DNA of 64,000 nucleotides from a virus (Duplodnaviria; Caudoviricetes): IMG/VR virus record IMGVR_UViG_2886218242_000014, positions 622 to 64,621 of that record; one strand, 5' to 3'. Shown piece by piece: positions 57,056 to 64,000 of this stretch (position 1 is its first letter; each line of letters starts with the position of its first letter). The notes under the pieces were generated by a model. It saw only the letters and a program-made list of their open reading frames with translations, ran no database searches and was not told where the DNA came from. The position numbers and the translations under genes were made by a program.

Positions 57056-58750
57056 ATGAGTCAACAACCTACTCAAGAGCAACTAATTGCACTTAAAGAA
57101 AGAATGAAAGATCCCATAGGGTTCACTGAAATAACAGGAACTGTTAAAGGCAAACCCTTTAGTTTCGACCACCGAGAGCACCTATTCGACGTCTACCGAG
57201 ATACGCACCCTCGTGTAGTAATCGTAGCAGGTCGCCAGGTAGAGAAAACCGAGACAGGCACTCGATTGCCGATTTATCACGGTTACCAGAGGAAGCACAC
57301 AACAATTACTTATACAGCGCCTCGTCAGGAGCAAACTACAAGGTATGTAAATGATCGTTTCCGTAAAGCTATCCGAGAAAGCAAAGGTGGCATCCTCGAA
57401 GGGATGGTCTCTCCCAAGCGTGATGCCAAGACAGCTATCGGCTTACAAAACTCTTCACAGTACTACTTCGGATCAGCATGGGCTGATGGGGATGCCCTGC
57501 GAGGGATTGCTGGAGATATCGTTATCTTCGACGAGGTACAGGATATCACCCAGACAGCCATTGAGTCTATCGAGAAATCTGTCTCGCATAGTGAAATCAA
57601 AGACCCTAAGACAGAGCTTAATGGACGTTGCTACTTCACAGGCACACCCAAGCAGAAAGGTAGCTACTACGACCGTGTCTTGTGGGGACAGTCTGACCAG
57701 AAAAAATGGCACGTAACCTGCGATAGCTGCGGCAACGAAGAAGTTATGTCTATGAAGAACATCATGATCCAGAACGAGGGAGAAGAAACTGAGAGACGTT
57801 ACTTCGGTTGTATGCACTGCCAAGAAGAGCTTGACCGTGCTCGTGGGAGATGGGTAGCTACGAGACCGGAAAACAAGATGTATAGTGGCTACCTATTTAA
57901 CCAGCTCAATATGACATGGATCTCTGCTAACCAAATCTGGCGAGATTACCAAACGATGGACGCTATGACGTTTAACAATGAGGTTCTTGGTGAGTTCTAC
58001 TCGGGAGACGAACAGCCACTGTCTCTAGAGGATGTACTTGCTTGTACTGATAAGACTCGTTCTCTGAAGAAATACTCACAGACACCAACTGTACTAGGCA
58101 TTGACTATGGATCTGGTGGTAAGTCTAAGACGATTATCTTTATCGGCCACAGTGAGAACGGAAAGTTAGTTATTGACTACGCAGAGAGTTGGCAGCCAGA
58201 CCGCTCCGAAGACGCACTCAATGTGCACGACCAATTGATTGCTCACATAGTTAGCCTCCAGAGTAAGTTCAATGTAGAAAAGATTGTCGGCGATATAGGT
58301 TACGGCTCCTACGAGTCTCAAAAGCTATACGAAATGTACGGGAGACAGGCTATCTCTTGTAGATACGTTACTTATGCGAATGATCCTCGTAAGCGTGAAT
58401 ACAAAGGTTTCAACAACTCGACACTCCAAGTAGACCGTACTTTCTCTATGGACAAGCTCATTGATGCATTCCACAAAGGTAACATCGTGATCCCCTACAA
58501 AGACCCTGCTGCTATCGAGTATTTCTTTGACCACTGGACAGCTATCGAGATGAAGTTCACTGAGAGTAACACTGGTACAGGTAAGAAACTATATGATCAC
58601 CGTACTCCAGACGATGCATTCCACGCACTGAACTACGTGAGAGAGGGCATCCACGAGTTACAAAACAGATTCGAAGCTGAATACGTAGAGAGAGACGACT
58701 ATCAGTTTGACAAACTGTTTTCTACTATTGAAGACCTTCCTGAGTGGTAA
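57056..58750 (+). CDS. terL: Terminase large subunit (lambda gpA-like, with zinc-binding insert)
   Basis: AGRQVEKTE Walker A, VIFDEVQD Walker B, TGTPK, CDSC/CMHC, LGIDYG nuclease motif, DDAFHA. Confidence 0.92.
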   Translation: MSQQPTQEQLIALKERMKDPIGFTEITGTVKGKPFSFDHREHLFDVYRDTHPRVVIVAGRQVEKTETGTRLPIYHGYQRKHTTITYTAPRQEQTTRYVNDRFRKAIRESKGGILEGMVSPKRDAKTAIGLQNSSQYYFGSAWADGDALRGIAGDIVIFDEVQDITQTAIESIEKSVSHSEIKDPKTELNGRCYFTGTPKQKGSYYDRVLWGQSDQKKWHVTCDSCGNEEVMSMKNIMIQNEGEETERRYFGCMHCQEELDRARGRWVATRPENKMYSGYLFNQLNMTWISANQIWRDYQTMDAMTFNNEVLGEFYSGDEQPLSLEDVLACTDKTRSLKKYSQTPTVLGIDYGSGGKSKTIIFIGHSENGKLVIDYAESWQPDRSEDALNVHDQLIAHIVSLQSKFNVEKIVGDIGYGSYESQKLYEMYGRQAISCRYVTYANDPRKREYKGFNNSTLQVDRTFSMDKLIDAFHKGNIVIPYKDPAAIEYFFDHWTAIEMKFTESNTGTGKKLYDHRTPDDAFHALNYVREGIHELQNRFEAEYVERDDYQFDKLFSTIEDLPEW

Positions 58751-58778
58751 GTCACATGGCAAGTACTATATAGGTGAA
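58751..58778 (+). promoter_or_regulatory. Late-type promoter motif before the portal gene
   Basis: GTCACA TGGCAA GTACTATATA GG TGAA. Confidence 0.7.
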
Positions 58779-58824
58779 ACTAAAGGTGGAGAGCCTAGCT
58801 CGCAGAAGCCAAGGAGGAGAAACA

Positions 58825-60249
58825 ATGGGATTATTTGATATGTTTGCTAGTAAGAAGGTTAAGCAAGAAAGGAAAGCTCAGGAGGCAGAGCTACATAAGT
58901 TAGCTCAAGAGATCGGCCTCTACAAGGATGACAGGTACGAACGCAAAGACCAAGTGGATTTAAACCCCGAGGAGTTCTCCCTAGACATCTTTGAGAAGAT
59001 GCTTCTTGATGGACAAGTTCGTGCTGCTGTAGAGATGATTAAACTATCGGCTACCGCTAAAGGGTTTACTGTTACTGGTGAGGACGAGGAAACTCGCAAG
59101 TATGCAGAGTTCATTCTAGAAAACTTTGAATCTATTGAGGGTAACCTCGAGGACGACATCCGAGAGATCATTACAGCCATCGTATATGGATACAGTTGCA
59201 CAGAGAAGGTCTTCGAGTACAAAGATGGAGCTATCCGTCTCAAGAAGCTAAAGACGCTCCACCCTCGGCAGGTTGCTATCAAGACAGACAGATTTGGTAA
59301 CATCCTCTATGTAGAGCAACGAATCGGGAGCAAGACAATCAAGATACCTCGGGAGAAGGTCCTATGGTATGCATACGATAAAGATTTCGGAAACCTCTAT
59401 GGTAAGTCTAACTTGCGTCCAATCTACAAGCATTGGATCACAAAGGACAGGCTATACAGGTTTGCTAACATAGCTTATGAACGCTACGGAACACCCCTCT
59501 TAATCGGAACCACTACCGATGCAAACGATGTTGGTAAGATGAACAAAATCCTCAAAAACATTAACTCCATGAGTTCGCTGTCTATCTCAGGTGGCGACAA
59601 AGTAGATGCTATTCAGATGACTAACGCAGACTTCATAGGATACATTGAGCACCATGACCGTAAGATTATGGAAGGCTTACTTGTTCCTCCTATGCTGCTT
59701 GGCCTATCTCGTGGCCAGTCTGGTAGCTATGCCCTCTCAGGTAACCAATTTGATATCTTCATGATTCGCTTAGAGTCTATCCAGCGTAACATCAAGGCCC
59801 TAATTGAGGAAGAGATTATCCGTCCTCTGATAGACCTAAACTTCCCCAACGCTAAGAAGTATCCTTCCTTCCAATTTAAACCTATGGCAGATAAAGACAT
59901 CACTAAGCTAGCTAGCGTAATGAACATGATGATTACTAGCGGAGTAGTAGCGCCTAGCGAGGATTGGATTCGCGAGGAGCTTGGTATGCCTCCTGCTTCA
60001 GAGGAAGCTAAAGAGGAGCTATACAAACGAAACCACCCTGAGGAGCAGGACCCAGAGACACTCCCAGAGGATGACGAAAAGAAAGACGAGCAGAAAGCCT
60101 ACACTTGTCCATACGATGGAGAGTCCTTCAGAAACAAACAGTCTCTGAATCACCACATGAGATCGAAACACGGAGCAGGACAAACAAACAATACGAAGCA
60201 GGATAAAGCTGCACGAGGTTTATCTAACTCGCAAGCAGCAAAAAAGTAA
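58825..60249 (+). CDS. Portal protein (Mu gp29/DUF935-like) with C-terminal zinc-finger-like extension
   Basis: AIVYGYSCTEKVF; NLYGKSNLRPIYKHW; ERYGTP; IIRPLIDLNF; AAGGAGG RBS before ATG 58825. Confidence 0.92.
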   Translation: MGLFDMFASKKVKQERKAQEAELHKLAQEIGLYKDDRYERKDQVDLNPEEFSLDIFEKMLLDGQVRAAVEMIKLSATAKGFTVTGEDEETRKYAEFILENFESIEGNLEDDIREIITAIVYGYSCTEKVFEYKDGAIRLKKLKTLHPRQVAIKTDRFGNILYVEQRIGSKTIKIPREKVLWYAYDKDFGNLYGKSNLRPIYKHWITKDRLYRFANIAYERYGTPLLIGTTTDANDVGKMNKILKNINSMSSLSISGGDKVDAIQMTNADFIGYIEHHDRKIMEGLLVPPMLLGLSRGQSGSYALSGNQFDIFMIRLESIQRNIKALIEEEIIRPLIDLNFPNAKKYPSFQFKPMADKDITKLASVMNMMITSGVVAPSEDWIREELGMPPASEEAKEELYKRNHPEEQDPETLPEDDEKKDEQKAYTCPYDGESFRNKQSLNHHMRSKHGAGQTNNTKQDKAARGLSNSQAAKK

Positions 60250-60329
60250 CTGCCTCTGAGATTCCCCAAGAGTATCTAACTTTTGCAGAACGCAGAAGCC
60301 GAGCGGACATCAAAGCTATCCAGCGAGAT

Positions 60330-61148
60330 ATGGAAGCTATTGAGTCCGCTTTTTTAAAGGATGCTCAGAGGTTAAACGAAAAGCGCCTACCTCAGTTGAT
60401 GAAACGCGTAGAGAGAGCTATCTCAGAAGGTGAAGACGCAGTAAAAACTATGCAGATGCCGTCTCAAAAGGAATACCGTAAGCTCATTAGAAACCTCATT
60501 ATAGCAAGCTCTGTGAGTGGATTCAAGCGAGCAGACACCGAGATGGATCAACTAACTCGTAGGTACAATCAATACAGTGAATTAGAGCGCCTACCAGTTT
60601 ACAATGATGACCTGCCTCCAGAGTTACAAACCTTCCTAGAGAACTACGCTCTGCAGATTACGGTCATCACCGAGGAGACAGTGCTCAACAGAATCAAGGA
60701 GATACTGCTTCAGGGTCTACTCGCAGGAACAGAGCCAGCTCACCTAGTTACCGCTGTACAGTCGGCTGCAGGAGCTGCACTCAGCGTAGCACATGCTACT
60801 ACGATTGTCCGCACGGAAATGAGTAAGATGTACAACACAGGCAGACTAGCTAGGTACACAGCCCCAGAGAATAAAGGCTTCGTAGTCGCTCTCCAGTACG
60901 ATGCTATTATAGATACTCGTACAACTCATGTATGCAGGCACCTAGATGGCCGTGTCATTGCGATTGACCGAATGGATTTAATTATGGAGTACTCTCCTCC
61001 GAATCACTTCCAGTGCAGATCTGTGTGGCTACCTGTCACTAAGTTTGAAACTTGGAGAGACGATTGGTCTACTGCGGTAGAACCTGAGAGGGGATTCTCT
61101 GATGGGACACCTGATATAGAAGAACTAAGAGGATTGGCTGGCTCATAA
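60330..61148 (+). CDS. Minor head morphogenesis protein (Mu gpF / SPP1 gp7-like)
   Basis: TIVRTE; YDAIIDTRTTHVCRHLDG; PPNHFQCRS. Confidence 0.92.
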   Translation: MEAIESAFLKDAQRLNEKRLPQLMKRVERAISEGEDAVKTMQMPSQKEYRKLIRNLIIASSVSGFKRADTEMDQLTRRYNQYSELERLPVYNDDLPPELQTFLENYALQITVITEETVLNRIKEILLQGLLAGTEPAHLVTAVQSAAGAALSVAHATTIVRTEMSKMYNTGRLARYTAPENKGFVVALQYDAIIDTRTTHVCRHLDGRVIAIDRMDLIMEYSPPNHFQCRSVWLPVTKFETWRDDWSTAVEPERGFSDGTPDIEELRGLAGS

Positions 61149-61596
61149 GAGTCAGTCTTTTTTTTGTGTCTATATAGAAAAAAAAACCCCTATGTTCGCA
61201 GCATAGAGGTCTCGGTGACAATCCAGTGAAGATGTCTAAATATATATTACCACGTTCATACCAACAAGTCAACAAAAAAAAGAAAGGCCACCCAGTTATC
61301 CTGAGCAGCCTAAGCTAATGAGTAAATTCAGTCGCAGGGACGAGGAAACCCTGAGGAGAGAACCTCATTTAATCCCTACTACATTAGTATAACCTGGGTA
61401 GGATAGACTCGTCAAGCAAAAAAAAATAGCCTGCTCCCCTAACGATGTGAGAAAGGGAACAGACTCCAAAGTAAAACGAAATCAAGAACAGCTACCGAGG
61501 TGACTAGGCTCAGTAGGTACTGCTGGGTAGTACAACCTCAAAGGATGTCTCCAGAGAGGGTAGATCACCACCTCCTAGGTATGTCTCAGGTAATAT

Positions 61597-61866
61597 TTAT
61601 AGACCTAACTTTCCCATGATAGGACCTACTTCAAAGCCTCGTACTACTGTGCCATCTTCAAATTCAAATGTTGGAGTAGACATACTATCAAGAACGTTTA
61701 CCAGATATTCTTCTGGAGTATGTTCATCTCCATAGATATCAATAACTGTCCCATCTTCTTCAATGTTGATTTCCTCAATCTCCACAGACACCGGCAAGTA
61801 TGATAATTGCTGTTTAGCTATCTTGCATGTCGGACATACCGTTTTAGTAAACATTTTGATTTTCAT
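61597..61866 (-). CDS. Glutaredoxin/NrdH-like redoxin
   Basis: FTKTVCPTC; MSTPTF. Confidence 0.85.
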   Translation of the reverse strand: MKIKMFTKTVCPTCKIAKQQLSYLPVSVEIEEINIEEDGTVIDIYGDEHTPEEYLVNVLDSMSTPTFEFEDGTVVRGFEVGPIMGKLGL

Positions 61867-62049
61867 ACTAGTTTCCTCCTTTGATTTGAGATACCCAAGT
61901 AGCTATAACTAACTCCATAGATTGCGACTCCGTAAAGCCAGCACTCTTAAAAGCTTCCTTTTGTTGGTGCATTAACTCAGCAGCATCCTTCAATGCGTTA
62001 TGAGTCTTTTGGATATTGTTTATTAGCTTAATAGGTGTTTTCTGTCTCA

Positions 62050-62232
62050 TTAGTTTTCCTCCTCGTTATCATCCCATAGTCCTGACCAATCGCATAACTT
62101 ATAGAGACCGACACCCATCAGAGCTAGCAAGTTAGAGTACAGCACGTTAAAGAGTAACTCGCTAGGTGTATCTATAAAGTAAACCGTTGCTCCAAAGCTA
62201 ACTACTAGCACTAACAAGTAGACGGTCTTCAT
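62050..62232 (-). CDS. Small membrane protein
   Basis: Two hydrophobic helices. Confidence 0.55.
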   Translation of the reverse strand: MKTVYLLVLVVSFGATVYFIDTPSELLFNVLYSNLLALMGVGLYKLCDWSGLWDDNEEEN

Positions 62233-62544
62233 AGTTAAGCCTCCTCGGTTAATCTAATTATTTCATTTGCGATCCTCTTAGCTTGATCAATATTCCATGC
62301 CATCTCTGCATTTTCACATTCGAACATGATCTTATCCTCTTCTTTGTAAATATGACTTGTATCTCCAAATATATCCTTTATAGAAAACATTAGTTACCCC
62401 TCCTGATTTGTATTTTCTATAATGTGCCAAAAGTTTTCCTCTACGGTATCTTGTTCCATATCACCATTCTCAAAAGCGTTAAAGTAACTTAGGAGTTTCT
62501 CAATTGCCATTTCTTTTGTGTATGTCTTTTTAGGTTTATGCATA

Positions 62545-62988
62545 TCAGTGCGCCTCCTTAGTATCAACTCGATTGATTGAAGCCTCCACGCTAAAACCTT
62601 CGGGGTAACGCTTGGCGAGCTTGTTGATGTTTATCTCGGCGATCTCTTGGAGGGTGTATCCTAGCTCGTGGGCGCCTACTGAGACGTAATACAAGATGTC
62701 ACCTAGCTCTTTAGCTAACTCGTGGACGCTTACCGATTTAGTTTCTTCTCGTGGGATATCTGTAAAACCATGACCGTGGTGAACTGCCTTTTTTACTGCG
62801 TCTGCTACCTCTCCGGCTTCACCGGAAAGTCCTAAAGCTACATTGGTTAGTCTACTGTGGTAATCCTTATTAAAGTTCCAAGTACGTAACGACTTCTCCT
62901 GGTAGTCATTTAACTCATTGATACGTAATTCATCCATATGAACATCCCCTTTAGTTTTATACTTTAAGTACGCTGACAAGTTAACCAC
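62545..62988 (-). CDS. MazG-like nucleotide pyrophosphohydrolase
   Basis: LGLSGEAGEVADAVKK; KELGDILYY; NINKLAKRYP. Confidence 0.9.
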   Translation of the reverse strand: MVNLSAYLKYKTKGDVHMDELRINELNDYQEKSLRTWNFNKDYHSRLTNVALGLSGEAGEVADAVKKAVHHGHGFTDIPREETKSVSVHELAKELGDILYYVSVGAHELGYTLQEIAEININKLAKRYPEGFSVEASINRVDTKEAH

Positions 62989-63078
62989 TCGATCAACTCC
63001 TTAAGTTTTGCTGTTAAGATAATCATACCAGAGTCATACCGAGATAGCAAGCATTACTTTATAAAATAACGCTTTTGT

Positions 63079-63465
63079 TTAGTTTTGTTGAATATTTGAA
63101 CCCTCAAATTTCGCTTTTAGCCGTTCATACGTTTCTCTTTCCTGCTCTTCTTTTTTCCTTTTATATTCTTCTTGTTGTTTCTGTTGTTGTAAGAGTCTTT
63201 GATTCTCATACTCTTGAATCTCTTCATGAGAGATTATCCCTTTTTCATGCAATGTTTTTCTTAACCAATTATGATTTAACACATATGCTCTTGCGTTACC
63301 TTTGCCGTACACACTGATTTCACTGCTGCCATCATCTTGGAATTGCTCAACTACTAAGATTCCCTTATCTTTTGTAACGATTGTAATAGCTTTAGCAAAT
63401 TGAGCCATGTGTGTAAAAGCTATTTCTTTCCCGTTTAAATCCTCTTCTTTTGAAATAAAGTACAT
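63079..63465 (-). CDS. Hypothetical protein, AT-rich
   Basis: Own promoter at 63525-63552; AAGGATG RBS. Confidence 0.7.
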   Translation of the reverse strand: MYFISKEEDLNGKEIAFTHMAQFAKAITIVTKDKGILVVEQFQDDGSSEISVYGKGNARAYVLNHNWLRKTLHEKGIISHEEIQEYENQRLLQQQKQQEEYKRKKEEQERETYERLKAKFEGSNIQQN

Positions 63466-63556
63466 ATACTATCATCCTTTCGTATTCCCATTTCTTAATA
63501 AAATTCAAATTTGGTCTTAACTTAACATTACCACAGTCATACTTTCATGCAAGTTT

Positions 63557-64000
63557 TTATTTTCCTAAAAGTTCGACAATAAAGTCTATACCCTCATGAG
63601 TGACTTTTACATTCCAAGTAACACCGTATGAATTATTATACGGAGCTAGCTTGAAGTAGCTCTCATATCCTTGACGAGGCGGGTGTGTTCCGTCAATAGC
63701 TTTCTTGTGTAGGACTCCTTTGTTTTGTAATTGAGCTTTCAACTTTCGAGCCGACATTCCTCCTAGGAATTGTTTGCCTACCGTAGTTAATGTAGCTAAT
63801 CCGTCTTGGTCTAAAAAGTTATCATACTTATTGGCTTTCTCGATAATGTGACGATTCTTGTAATCGTTTAATTCTTTTGTTGCTTTAGCAAATGCTACAA
63901 AGTCACCTTCTGAGTAAGCCTGACCGATTGCTAAATTTAGTTGTTGCTCATAGTCGATCTCATAAGTCTTAACCTCGGTTGCCGTATTCTCCTCGATATT
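63557..64000 (-). CDS. Antirepressor C-terminal part (KilAC/ANT-like), 5' part outside window (matching part at 11707-12204)
   Basis: ...EIDYEQQLNLAIGQ...KANKYDNFLD...VKVTHEGIDFIVELLGK. Confidence 0.85.
   Translation of the reverse strand, partial: NIEENTATEVKTYEIDYEQQLNLAIGQAYSEGDFVAFAKATKELNDYKNRHIIEKANKYDNFLDQDGLATLTTVGKQFLGGMSARKLKAQLQNKGVLHKKAIDGTHPPRQGYESYFKLAPYNNSYGVTWNVKVTHEGIDFIVELLGK
63947..64000. repeat. Direct repeat, right copy (runs to window end)
   Basis: Identical to 11707-11760. Confidence 0.97.

Larger units (their letters stand above)
11707..63946. mobile_element. Complete circularly permuted siphovirus-like phage unit (52,240 bp), no integrase seen
   Basis: Head, tail, lysis, replication and packaging modules present; 11707-11760 identical to 63947-64000. 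Confidence 0.85.

Noticed and set aside
896-63317. Many short opposite-strand ORFs inside long genes (e.g. 4721-6154 +, 19594-20784 -, 58920-60026 -)
   Set aside because: Shadow frames of well-supported genes, without RBS or recognisable motifs.

Overview
The window holds two Bacillaceae mobile elements joined end to end. (A) About 11707-63946 is an apparently complete, circularly permuted siphovirus-like phage unit of 52,240 bp; its first 54 bp recur at the window end. It carries Mu-like head genes, a long non-contractile tail module, a GH25 endolysin, its own replisome (helicase, primase, Pol III alpha), ThyX, a sigma factor, an FtsK plus relaxase-like pair and TerS/TerL/portal. No integrase or obvious repressor is visible, so a lytic or plasmid-like lifestyle is inferred. 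(B) 1 to about 11706 is a separate, satellite-like element (tyrosine integrase, HTH Rep, Rha, HTH regulators, accessory microproteins) with no capsid, portal, TerL or tail-tube gene in view. It does encode its own diverged copies of two phage morphogenesis proteins: a tape measure protein of the same length as the phage's (774 aa if the phage gene starts at an ATC codon) and a TerS-like protein sharing the phage TerS C-terminal LFDGM tail. It also carries cis-sequences matching the phage's putative late promoter and its ftsK/relaxase leader. The best hypothesis is a helper-matched, tape-measure-swapping phage satellite. All calls come from motif reading, not database searches.
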